From NCBI GenBank assembly GCA_024679065.1, contig JAGIQG010000012.1:87296001-87360000 (forward strand): a stretch of DNA of 64,000 nt. Reading direction: 5' to 3'. The notes below the pieces were generated by a model that was not told the DNA's origin, made no database searches, and saw nothing but the letters and a program-made list of their open reading frames with translations. Below are positions 1-11,496 of this stretch, piece by piece. Positions within the stretch are counted from its first letter, which is position 1; each line of letters starts with the position of its first letter. A program made the translations under genes and the position numbers. The DNA comes from Sphyrna mokarran (taxonomy: Eukaryota).

Positions 1-458
1 TTTCTGGAAGGTTAGAACATTCTGAGATTAAAGACACATGTTTGTCTCTAACGAGAAGGCAGGGATTAACCAACACAAGAATGCAATTGAAGAATATCTT
101 CAGAGGAGGACCATGAGGGCAGAATCTTCATTGGGAATGGGCCTGGCCATCTCGTTCTCAATGGATAGTATCTCTTTTCAGTTAAATTATTAGAGTTAAT
201 GTTCAGTTAAGAGTTGAAGTTTTGCAACTGTTGCAAGTTTGAGTTTGGAACCTAAGGTGCTAGCTAAACTGAAGTTTCTTTGGGAGAATTTGAGTTAACG
301 CCTATCCTTGGTTTGTCACAGTAAATTAATTAACTGGAAAGAGTTTAAATTAGTAAGATTGGGGAATTAATAATGGAAAATAAGGAGATAGCAGATGACC
401 TGAACAGACATTTTGCATTGGTCTCCACTCAATCGGATCAATGTAACATCTCAGAAAT
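1..458 (-). repeat. Inverted segmental duplicate of 24609-25066 (upstream flank of leader exon 1)
   Basis: 1-458 is the reverse complement of 24609-25066, same length, with only a few substitutions. The match runs off the left edge and ends at 458 where a CR1 fragment begins. Confidence 0.95.
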
Positions 459-1447
459 TGCCAGTTACTAGCAGTGTACCACAGGGGGCAGTGCTGAGTC
501 CTCTCTTATTTGTGATTTTTATCAATGACTCAGAGGAGGAGACTGAAGGGTGGGTTAGTAAATTTGCTGATGACACCAACATTGGTGGAGTAGTGGATGA
601 GATGGAAGTTTATTGTAGGCTGCAAAAAGACATTAATAGGATGTAGAACTGGGACGAAAAGTGGCAGATGGAGTTTAACCCTGATAAGTGCGAGGTGATT
701 CATTTTGGTTGGACAAATTTGAATGCGGATTACAGGGTCAATGGCAGGGTTCTGAGGAATGTGGAGAAATAGAGAGATCTTGGATTCATATCCACAGATC
801 TCTGAAGTGGATAGAGCCATGAAGAAGGCCTATAGTGTGTTAGCGTTTATAAATAGGGGTTTGAGTTTAAGAACCATGGGGTTATGCTGCAACTGTACGG
901 ACGTTGGTGAGGCCACATTTGGAATATTTTGTTCAATTCTGGTCACCTCACTTTCAGAAGGATGTGGAAACATTGGAGAGAGTGCAGAGGAGATTTACCA
1001 GGATGCTGCCTGGTTTGGAGGGTAGGTCTTACGAGAAAAAATTGAGGGAGGTGAGGCTTTTTTCTTTTGAGTGGAGGAGGATGAGAGGTGACTTAATAGA
1101 GGTTTATAAGATGATGAATGGGATAGATAAAGTGGATGTTCAGGGATTATTTCCTCGAGTGGGTATAGCTGTCACTAAGGGACATAACTATCAGGTTCAT
1201 AGTGAGAGATATAGGAGGGCTGTCAGGTAGATTCTTCACTCAGAGAGTGGTTGGGCTGTGGAATGCACTGCCTGCTGTGATAGTGGAATCGGACACTTTA
1301 GGAACTTTCAAGCGGTTATTGGTTAGGCACAGGGAGCACATCAGAATGATAGGGAGTGGGTAGTTGGACCTCGGGTTTGGACAAAGCTTGGCACAACATT
1401 GAGGACTGAAGATCCTGTACTGTGCTGTACTGTTCTATGTTCTATGT
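459..1447 (+). mobile_element. 5'-truncated CR1 LINE (RT C-terminus and 3' tail)
   Basis: VPQGAVLSPLLF, KFADDT and VRPHLEY..QFWSP motifs; ends in TTCTATG repeats. Confidence 0.92.
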
Positions 1448-1684
1448 ATTCAATTGAAGGACCTCTCCACTGCCCCCCCGCCAGCCCTACCCCCGCAGTT
1501 ATTCAATTTACCAGCATGTTGGACTCAGACCAGTTCAGTTGAAGGTGGTCCCAATGGTAGGAGTCCCCAGTATTGGGCAGTGCCCCATGAATCAAAACCA
1601 ATCTCTCCCACACCAGACTTTGAGCCTCACATGCAAATCTCTAATCATAGTTACTGTGTGCCCATTCACCTGTAGCTCTGGTAA

Positions 1685-4600
1685 TAGAACAAAAACCTAA
1701 AAAACAGAGCAAAAAGGCAGTGCTTATAGGGGACTCCTTAGTGAGGGGGGCAGACAAGCGTTTTTGTGGACGCAGACGGGAATTGCGGATGGTGATATGT
1801 CTCCCTGGAGCTGGGATTCGGGAAGTCTCTGGACCCGTCCCAGACATCCTGAAAGGAGAGGGTGAGGAACTGGAAGTTGTAGTACATATAGGTACTACTG
1901 ACATAGGCAGGAAGAGGGAAGTGGACATGAAAAGGGATTATAGGGAACTGGGTAGGCAGCTGAGAGAGAGGAAAGCGAAGGTAGTAATCTCAGGATTGCT
2001 GCCTGCGCCTCGGGAGAGTGAGAGCAGGAATAGTATGAGGTGGAGGTTGAATACGTGGCTGAGGGACTGGAGCAGGGGGCAGGGATTCCGGTTCCTGGAT
2101 CATTGGGACCTCTTTAGGGGCAGGTGTGACCTGTACAGCAAAGACGGGTGGCACCTGAATCCCAGGGGGACTAATATCTTGGCGGGAAGACTGGCTAGGG
2201 CTACTGGGGGGACTTTAAACTAGAAAGATTAGGGGGAGGGAATAGTGATGTGGAGATTGGGAGCAAGGAAGTTAGCTCCCAGGTAGGGAAGGGCTCTAGG
2301 CAGGATGAGAGGCAGGTTAGACGAGTGGGGGAGAAGGGAAATGTCCAGTCTGAGGGGCTGAGGTGTGTCTATTTTAATGCCAGGAGTGTAGTAAATAAGG
2401 TGGATGAACTTAGGGCGTGGATTGCTGCTTGGGATTGTGATGTGGTGGCCATTACAGAGACTTGGATGTCTCAGGGACAGGACTGGGTACTACAGGTCCC
2501 GGGATTCAGATCCTTCAGGAAGGACAGGGAGGGAGGCAAAAGAGGTGGTGGAGTGGCACTGTTGATCAGGGACAGTGTCATGGCTGCAGAGAAGGTGGAT
2601 ACCGAGGAGGGAATGTCTACGGAGTCTCTGTGGGTGGAAGTTAGGAATAGCAAAGGGTCGGTGACGTTGCTGCGTGTATTCTATAGGCCGCCCAATAGTG
2701 ACAGGGAAGTTGAGGTGCAGATAGGGAAACAGATACTAGAGAGATGTAGAAATAACAGAGTTGTTGTGATGGGAGACTTCAATTTCCCAAACATCGACTG
2801 GAATATTCCAAGGGTAAGGGGTTTGGATGGGGAAGAGTTTGTTAGGTGTGTTCAGGAGGGTTTCCTGACACAGCATGTGGACAAGCCTACGAGAGGAGAG
2901 GCTGTACTGGACCTGGTACTAGCTAATGAACGAGGACAGGTGATGGATCTCTCGGTAGGAGAGCATCTTGGGGATGGAGATCATAATTCTATCTCCTTCA
3001 CCCTTGCATTGGAAAAGGATAGGATCAGGCAGGCTAGGAAGGTGTTTGTCTGGAATAAGGGGAAATATGAAGACATCAGGCAGATGTTGGGGCGAATAAA
3101 CTGGAAGGAGGTGTTCTTGGGGAAAAGCACAGAAGGAAGATGGCAGATATTCAAGGAATGCTTGTCTGGAGCTCTGCACGACAACGTTCCGGTGAGACAA
3201 GGAGGTTTTGGTAGGTCAAGGGAACCGTGGTGCACGAAGGCTGTGGTGAACCTAGTCAGGAAGAAAAGAAAGGTGTATAAAAGGTTCAGAGAGCTAGGAG
3301 ATGTTGGGGATCTAGAGAAGTATAAGGCTTATAGAAGAGAGCTTAAAAAGGAAATTAGGAGAGCCAGAAGGGGTCATGAGAAGGCCTTGGCTGGCAGGAT
3401 TAAGGAGAATCCCAAGGCCTTCTACAAATATGTGAAAAGTAAAAGGATGAGAAGAGAAGGGATAGGACCTATAAAAGGTGAAGGGGGAAAAGTCTGTATG
3501 GAACCGGAAGAAATGGCAGACGTGCTTAGTACTTTGCCCCAGTATTCATGGTGGAAAGTGATCTGGGAGGATGCACTACAAGTTTGCGGCAGACTGAAAA
3601 GATTGAGTATGTAGATTTTAAGGAAGCAGATGTGTTAGAACTTTTAAATGCTATCAAGATAGACAAGTCTCCGGGACCAGATGGGATGTACCCCAGGTTA
3701 TGGTGGGAGGTGAGGGATGTCATTGCAGAGCCCCTGGCAATGATCTTTGCGTCGTCGATGGAGACGGGAGAGGTTCTGGAGGATTGGAGGATTGCGGATG
3801 TGGTCCCTATTTTCAAGAAAGGGAACAGGGATAGTCCTGGAAATTACCGACCGGTGAGCCTGACCTCAGTGGTTGGTAAGCTGATGGAGAGGCTTCTGAG
3901 GGACAAAATTTACGAGCATTTGGAGAAGTTTAGGTTGATTAGAAATAGTCAGCATGGTTTTGTAAAAGGCAGGTCATGCCTTACAAGCTTAATTGAGTTC
4001 TTCGAAAATGTGACTGACACATTGACGAAGGAAGAGCAGTGGACGTGGTGTACATGGACTTCAGCAAGGCATTTGACAAGGTCCCACATGCAAGACTTCT
4101 TGAGAAGGTGAGAAGGCATGGGATCCAAGGGGCTTTGGCCTTGTGGATCCAGAACTGGCTTGCCTGCAGAAGGCAGAGGGTGGTTGTGGATGGCTCTTTT
4201 TCTGCATGGAGGTCGGTCACCAGTGAAGTGCCCCAGGGATCTGTTCTAGGACCCTTGCTGTTTGTCATTTTCATAAATGACCTGGATGGGGAAGTGGAGG
4301 GATGGGTGAGTAAGTTCGCCGATGACACGAAGGTCGGTGGTGTTGTGGATGGTCTGGAGGGATGTCAGAAATTGCAGCATGACATCGACAGGATGCAAGA
4401 CTGGGCGGAGAAGTGGCAGATGGACTTCAACATGGATAAATGTGTTGTGGTCCATTTTGGCAGATCCAACGGGATGAATGAGTACACTATCAAATGTAGG
4501 AGTCTTAGCTGTGTGGAAGAGCAGAGGGATCTTGGGGTCCGGGTCCATAAGACTCTCAAATCGGCCTCCCAGGTGGAGGATGTGGTTAAGAAAGATTACG

Positions 4601-5211
4601 GTGTACTGGCCTTCATTCATCGAGGGATTGAGTTCAGGAGTCAGGAGGTAATGCTGCAGCTTTATAGGACCCTTGTCAGACCACACTTGGAGTATTGTGC
4701 GCAGTTCTGGTCGCCTCACTATAGGAAGGACATGGAAGCTATTGAAAGGGTGCAGAGGAGATTTACAAGGATGTTGCCTGGATTGGGAAGCATGCCTTAT
4801 GAAGACAGGTTGAGGGAGCTGGGACTGTTCTCCCTGGAGAGACGAACGTTGAGAGGTGACCTGATAGAGGTTTACAAGATATTGAGAGGATTAGGTAGGG
4901 TGGACTCTCAGAGACTATTTCCCAGGGCTGAAGAGGACACAGATTTAAGGTGCAGGGAAGCAAATACAGAGGGGATGCTAGGGGAAAGTTTTTCACTCAG
5001 AGGGTGGTGAGTGAATGGAATCGGCTGCCTTCGGTGGTGGTCGAGGCGAACTCGCTGGGGTCTTTTAAAAGACTTCTGGATGAGTATATGGTATCCAATG
5101 GGATTGGGGGTTATAGATAGGTCTATGGCTGGGTAGGTTTTGATGTGTTCGGCACAACTTGTGGGCCGAAGGGCCTGTTTGTGCTGTAGTGTTCTATGTT
5201 CTATGTTCTAT
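1685..5211 (+). mobile_element. Near full-length CR1 LINE: ORF1 esterase part plus frameshifted ORF2 (APE endonuclease + RT)
   Basis: ORF 1720-2223 has GDSL, HIGTTD and DGWH (SGNH esterase). ORF 2250-3614 has FNARS, ITETW, GDFN and DHN. ORFs 3548-5010 have [25 protein letters not shown] and FADD. (TTCTATG)n tail. Confidence 0.95.
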
Positions 5212-5790
5212 AGTACATAGAACACTGCAGCACAAACAGGCCTTTCAGCCCACAAGCTGTATTGATCATATCCCTGCCTACCAAGCTTATCTATAACTCC
5301 CAATCCCATTAAATTCCATGTACTCATCCAGAAGTCTCTTAAAAGACCCCAATAAGTTTGCCACTACCACCACCGATGGCAGCCGATTCCATTCACTCAC
5401 CACTCTCTGAGTGAAAAACTTACCCCTAGCATCTCCTCTGTACTTACCCCCCAGCACCTTAAACCTGTGTCCTCTTGTAGTGACCGTTTCTGCCCTTGGA
5501 AATAGCTTCTGAGAATCCATCTCATCTATTCCTTTTAAGATCTCTATCATAGATCAATCTTCTTATCAACCTTCATGTCTCTAGGGAGAAAAAAACCTAG
5601 CTCCCTCAAGCTATCTTCATAAGGCATGCCTCCCAATCCAGGCAATATCCTTGTAAATCTCCTCTGCACCCTCTCAATAGCTTCCATATCCTTCCTGTAG
5701 TGAGCGACCAGAACTGCACACAGTACTCCAAGTGAGGTCTGATAAGAGTCTTATAAAATTGCAGTGTTATCTCCCGACTCCTAAACTCAA
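5212..5790 (-). mobile_element. CR1 3' fragment, tail-to-tail with the previous element
   Basis: ORF 5287-5550 TRGHRFKV..FFTQRVV; reverse tail CATAGAAC. Confidence 0.88.
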
Positions 5791-6459
5791 GTCAGGATGG
5801 TGAGTGACTTGGAGGGGAACTTGCAGGTGGTGGTATTCCCCTGTATTTGCTGCCCTTGTCCTTTCAGATGGAAATGGTCATGGATTTGGAAAGTGCCCTC
5901 CATCCTCTGTGTGAAAGAATTGTCTCTGTGGACCCTTTTGTACTTTTCCCCTCTTTCGGGTTGTACTGTGAGTGTTCTACTCATAATCTGACTCAGTCAG
6001 GAAATTACTGAATTCTGAAGGGAATTGATGGGAGGGATGTGAAGAAATTCTTCCACAATAAGAGCAGCTCTACCTGATGGACAGACAGTGATGAGAATGT
6101 GGATTGCACAGTCACTCAAAAACAGCTTCTTCCCTGCTGCCAAGGGATCTCTGAATGGGCCTATCATACATTAAGCTGATTTTTCTCTACACACTAGCTA
6201 TGACTGCAACACTATATTCAACAACATCTCCTTTCTTTCCCTCTCTGTACTCTATGAACGGTATGCTTTGTCTGCACAGTGCTCAAAAAAACAATACTTT
6301 TCACTGTATCCAGATACATATGACAATAATCAAATCAATTCAGAGCAATGGTTGAAGCCAGTGGATATATTACATTGAAAGGAACTTTGTTGTGTCTGTG
6401 AGGGAGAAGGGGACAGAGAGATTGTGAGGCAGAAAGAGCTGATTAAAACACTTGAAATT

Positions 6460-6835
6460 TGGAAGTTGAGGAGGTGGCCTGATAGAAGTTTACACAATTA
6501 TGAGAGGCATGGACAGAATGATAGTTGGAGTCTTTTTCCCAAGATAGAAATGTCAATTATTCGGGGACAGACGTTTAAGGTAAAAGGGGAAATGGTTAAA
6601 AGAGATGTGGGACACAAGTTTTCTTACACAGAGGGTGGTAAGTGTCTGGAATGCGCTGCCAGAGGAGGTGGTAGAAGCAGATACAATAGCAAAGTTTAAG
6701 AGGCATCTTGACAGTTATGTGAATAGGCAGTGAATAGAGCAATAGGGACCACATAGAGACAAAAGATTTTTACAATTGCATCGTGCTGTCGCAGGCTATG
6801 TGGGCTAAAGGGCCTGTTCCTCTGCTGTAGTTTCA
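6460..6835 (+). mobile_element. Degraded CR1 3' fragment
   Basis: LFPKIEMSIIRGQTFKV; tail GGGCTAAAGGGCCTGTT. Confidence 0.75.
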
Positions 6836-6889
6836 ATGGAATGTAATTCAATGCTTCATTCTTCAACAAGCTCTGTTGGAACCAGGGCA

Positions 6890-7462
6890 TGATGTAGAGA
6901 TGCCGGCGTTGGACTGGGGTAAACACAGTAAGAAGTCTGACAACACCAGGTTTAATCTAATCCATTTATTTGATAGTAAACTCACAAGCTTTTGAGGTTA
7001 CCCTCTTCGTCAGGTGAATGAGGTGTTCTGGTCTCAGACAGCACATAGAACAGAACAGATAGTTTACAGATTACTGATTAGAATGCAAATCTTTACACCT
7101 AACCTGCTATTCAAGTCTTAAAGTGACTAACAATGTGAGTGGAAGGAGCACTGAGCACAGGTTAGAGAGATGTATATTGTCTCCAGACAGCACAGTAAGT
7201 GAGGTTTTGCAAACCCAGGTAAATCATGGGGGTTACAGATAGTGTGACATGAACCCAAGATCCCAGTTGAGACCATTCCCATGTGTGTGGAACTTGGTTA
7301 TTAGTCTCTGCTCAGCGATTCTGCGCTGTCCTGTGTCACAAAGGCTGTCTTGGAGATTGCTTACCAGAAGGTCAGAGGCCGAATGCCCGTGACCGCTGGA
7401 GTGTTCACCAACAGGAAAGGAACAGTCTTGCCTGGTAATTGTTGAGCGATGAACCAGGGCAA
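6890..7462 (-). mobile_element. Penelope-like retroelement fragment (GIY-YIG C-terminus and terminal repeat)
   Basis: ORF 7233-7535 ends VGEH..RRIAEQRLITKFHTHGNGLNWDLGF; homologous to 62310-62800. Confidence 0.8.
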
Positions 7463-7785
7463 TCATAGAATCATAGAATCCGTACCGTACAGGAGGAGGC
7501 CATTCAGCTGGGCAAGCCTGCACCAACAATACCACCCAGACCCTATACCCATAACCTCATGTATTTACCCTGCTGATCCCCCTGACACTAAGGGGCAACT
7601 CATCATGGCCAATGCACCTGACTTGCACATCTTTGGACTGTGGGAGGAAACCGGAGCACCCGGAGGAAACCCACGCAGGCAAGGGGAGAATGTGTAAACT
7701 CCACACAAGCCATGATCCAAAGTGGGAATTGAACCTGGGACCCTGGTGCTGTGACAGTGCTAACCACAATGCCACTGTATCACCC
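7463..7785 (-). mobile_element. HE1-like V-SINE
   Basis: tRNA-like head, V-domain (TGCGTGGGTTTCCTCCGGGTGCTCCGGTTTCCTCCCACAGTCCAAAGA on minus) and CR1-type tail. Confidence 0.88.
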
Positions 7786-7964
7786 TGTCGTGTAATAAAG
7801 AACAAAGAACAAATAATATCGAAGCAAGTATTTTGCTGCTATTCAAAATTGGAGAAAAAGGTACATCACAGTCTTAAAATTAATCTTTAACACTGAGACT
7901 GGATTAGATAAATGAATGAAGATATAAAATGTTGAAGGGATGGGGAGGAGTGTTGGTAAACACA

Positions 7965-8268
7965 TTAGAAATCCTATAGTGCAGAAGAAGGCCATTCAGT
8001 CATTGAGGATGCACTGAGCACAATCCCATCCCAATCCTATCCCTATAACCCCACATACTTATCTTGCTAATCACCTGACCACTAAGGGTCAATTTAGTAT
8101 GACCAATCAACCTTCATCTTTGGACCAGACCTGAGCACCCAGAGGAAACCCACGCAGATACAGGGAGAACGTGCAGACTTCACACACACAGTGACAGAGG
8201 CCAGAAACAAACCAGTGTCACTGGCACTGTGAGGCAGCAGTGCTAACCACTGTGTCACCGTGCTGCCC
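7965..8268 (-). mobile_element. HE1-like V-SINE
   Basis: GGGCAGCACGGTGACACAGTGGTTAGCACTGCTGCCTCACAG head on minus, plus V-domain. Confidence 0.85.
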
Positions 8269-8746
8269 AATCCAATGAGATTTTGCCAATATGGAGGTAA
8301 AGATCAATGATCGGCTGAGTTAATATTATATATTTTTGTTTCTTATGTGAATTTCCCCTGTGTGAGAACAACAGATTTCCAATTGGGGGAAAATCCTCTT
8401 AGTTTCTGTAACATAAAGGGGTGGCATAGTGGCTCAGTGGGTTGGCATTGCTGCCTTACAGCCCCAGGGACCCGTGTTCAATTCCAGCCTTGGGAACTCC
8501 CTTCCTAATGGCATGGTGGGTTTGTATGGTGAAATGTTTGGACAATACAGAGGGCAGCGTTAGACAGGGAAATCAATTACATTCCTTACATATTATTCAA
8601 ATATTCAAATACATTCTGCAAACTAACGGTGTTTTCTGTCTTTCCACATTCTTGATTTTTGGATGTGAAAAGTTGTTTAAAGTGTTTACATTCCGGTTTT
8701 GATTCTAGTTTGGATTAGCTTTAAGTGATTGATTTTTCACCCACAG

Positions 8747-9091
8747 CACAGAGGCCAGTCCTGGTTCAGTCTCCCCACTGTGCACAGTGTGAGGGAGAGA
8801 GCTGGACTGTGAGCATCCAGTGCCACATGGAGAAGGTCAATGTGAGTAAAGTGACTGTTAACTAGCACAAAGCCTAGGCTGCATCAAGAAAGGAAATGCT
8901 AATAACACATGATGTTCCCAACCACATTTACTGTAACCCAGGAGTTAGATGGTGTTTTCAGCTTTCCCGAGATGTCAGTAATAATAGCTACATGCTGACT
9001 ATTACAGATGTAGAATTGCATGATGCTGCTGGCTACATTTGCAGTGTGCATGGGTCTGTCTATGGAGCAGGAACACAGTTAAATGTAAGCA
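8747..9091 (+). pseudogene. Pseudo-exon of a joined VJ-type Ig V-set domain (psiV0)
   Basis: Acceptor ttttcacccacag and donor A|GTAAGT (phase 1/1, 345 nt). Reads QRPVLVQSP...VSIQCHM...VN*H...FQLSRDVSNNSYMLTITDVELHDAAGYICSVHGSVYGAGTQLNVS. The C-strand Trp codon is TAG (8863), there is a second stop at 8875, and there are apparent compensating frameshifts near 8775-8800. Confidence 0.88.
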
Positions 9092-9499
9092 GTAAGTGAA
9101 TATGAGCTGTTACTGGCACCTTCACTGTAACAGCATCATTCCCAGTACCTGTTAATGATCAATTTGCAGGGGGAGGGTTGGGTGATCAGATTGGGGGTAG
9201 CACTGGTGGAGATGGTAACTCCAGAAATAAGCAGTTTAATGTTCAGGAGATTTGGGGAATCTAAAATCCTGCAGCACTCCTGAAGCAACTCTCCAACCTC
9301 AGAGAATAGCTGCAATGAACAGCTTGAGTGAAATCGCCTTTAAACACAGAAAAGTCAAGTCTTTATGTTAAGATGGGAGCTCAGCTGTAACCAACCTCAA
9401 TGTCCTTGAATTCAATCATCCAGTGAATGTGGAATATATACAATGGGATAAGATCTCCACACTGCCTCAACTCGTCTGCTTAATCCTGTTTAGGTTGAA

Positions 9500-9780
9500 C
9501 TTAAAGTTTATCTATTGATGTCAAAAGTAAGTTTACATTAACACTGCTATGAAGTTACAGTGAAAATCCCCTAGTTGCCACTCTCTGGCACCTATTTGGG
9601 TACACTGAGGGAGAATTTAGCATGGCTAATGCACCCTAACCAGTACGCCTTTCAGACTGTGGAAGGAAACTGGAGCACCTGGAGGAAACCCACGCAGATA
9701 CGGGGAGAATGTGCAAACTCCATACAGACAGTGACTCAAGCTGGGAAATCGAACTCAGATCCCTGGCACTGTAAGGCAAT
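9500..9780 (-). mobile_element. V-domain SINE with a non-CR1 tail
   Basis: V-domain GGAGGAAACCCACGCAGATACGGGGAGAATGTGCAAACTCC; tail differs from the HE1-like copies. Confidence 0.75.
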
Positions 9781-9797
9781 GTCATTCTTAGCTCTAG

Positions 9798-10033
9798 ATT
9801 CCACTGTTCCAACACACTCACAACCCACAATCCCTTACATACAGCCCTCCGCACTCATAGATGTTTACACACAGCCCTGCCCACACACAGACTCACACCC
9901 AGAGCCTACTCACAGACTAGACCCCAGCACCTCTTATCCACAGCCCTCACCCACAACCCTACCTACAGACTCCCACCCACAGACGCCCACAAATCCTCCT
10001 TCCCAGGAACAGACTGCAGCCACAAGGCTGTGA
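9798..10033 (+). other. CA-rich, Pro/Thr/Ser-rich open frame; possible terminal exon relic followed by polyA signals
   Basis: AG at 9796-97 gives phase 1 entry; TGA at 10031-33; AATAAA at 10058 and 10236. Confidence 0.3.
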
Positions 10034-10469
10034 GCCTCTGTATAGTTTTAACCTGTAAATAAAGGAGTTGTTTTGGGGTGGATTGAATTAGTTTGTACAT
10101 TAAGGATGTATATTTGGATGGATTTGAATGTTGAGCAACAGTTTTTATTAAAGTTGTTGAATGTACAACTTCGAGATTCAGAGATGAGTTGTATAAATTG
10201 AGCCAAACTGACACAGTTGATGAATTTCTACAATCAATAAACTTTATCTTGTTAGATTAAAAGAATTCCATTATTCCACAAGCAATGAACCTGTTTGAAG
10301 TTGTGGATTTGCTCTGACTCCAAACCTTGTAGCTATTCCATTAAGTAACATTCCCCAGTGATTAATCTATTGACAAACAGTTCTGATGTTGGGTTCCTGG
10401 CACTGTGAGACAGCAGTACTAACCACTGTGCCACTGTGCCACCCCATTATTCTGAATACAACCCTACCT

Positions 10470-11460
10470 AGAACATAGAACGTGGAACAGTACAGCACAG
10501 TACAGACCCTTCGGCCCTCAATGTTGCGCCGAGCTATGTCCAAAGCCAAGTTCAAGCTCCTATCATTCTGGAGTGCTCCATGTGCCTATCCAGTAACCAC
10601 TTGAAAGTTCCTAAAGTGTCCAAACTCCACTATCACAGCAGGCAGCGCATTCCACACACCAACCACTCTCTGAGTAAAGAATCTACCTCAGACATCTCCC
10701 CTATATCTTCCATCATGAACCTTATGGTTATGCTCCCTAGTAACAGTACATCCATCCAAGGAAATAGTCACTCAATGTTCACTCTATCTACTCCCCTCAT
10801 CATCTTATAAACCTCTTTTAAGTTGCCGCTCATCCTCCTCTGCTCTAAAGACAAAAGCCCCAGCTCCCTCAACCTTTTCTCATAAGACCTACCCTCCAAA
10901 CCAGGCAGCATCCTGGTAAATCTCCTCTGCACTCTCTCCAGTGCTTCCACATCCTTCTTATAGTGAGGTGACCAGAACTGAACACAATATTCCAAATATG
11001 ATCTCACAATGTCCTGTATAGTTGCAGCATAATCCCACCGTTCATAAACTCAAACCTCCTGTCATTAAACACTAACACACTATAAGTCTGCTTCACAGCT
11101 CTATCCACTTGTGGCAACCTTCAGAGATCTGTGGATATGAACCCCAAGATCTCTCTGTTCCTCCACATTCCTCAGAACCCTGCCAATGACCCTGTAATCC
11201 ACATTCAAATTTGTCCGACCAAAATGAATCACCTCGCACTTATCAGGGTTAAACTCCATCTGCCACTTTTCATCCCAGTTCTACATCCTATTGATGTCTT
11301 TTTGCAGCCTACAATAATCTTCCACCTCATCCACTACTCCACCAATGTTGGTGTCATCAGCAAATTTACTAACCCACCCTTCACCCCCTCTTCCAAGTCA
11401 TTGATAATAATCACAAATAGCAGAGGACCCGGCACTGATCCCTGTGGTACACCCACCGGC
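10470..11460 (-). mobile_element. CR1 3' fragment
   Basis: ORF 10768-11007 [15 protein letters not shown]; reverse tail. Confidence 0.9.
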
Positions 11461-11496
11461 AAGTGGACCCCAGTCTGAAAATTTTCCCTCCACTAT

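Noticed and set aside
8776-8789. CACTGTG-CACAGTG, identical to a V(D)J signal joint, inside psiV0
   Set aside because: No nonamer at 12 or 23 bp on either side. It falls in A-strand codons (PTVHSV after frameshift repair), so it is coincidental.
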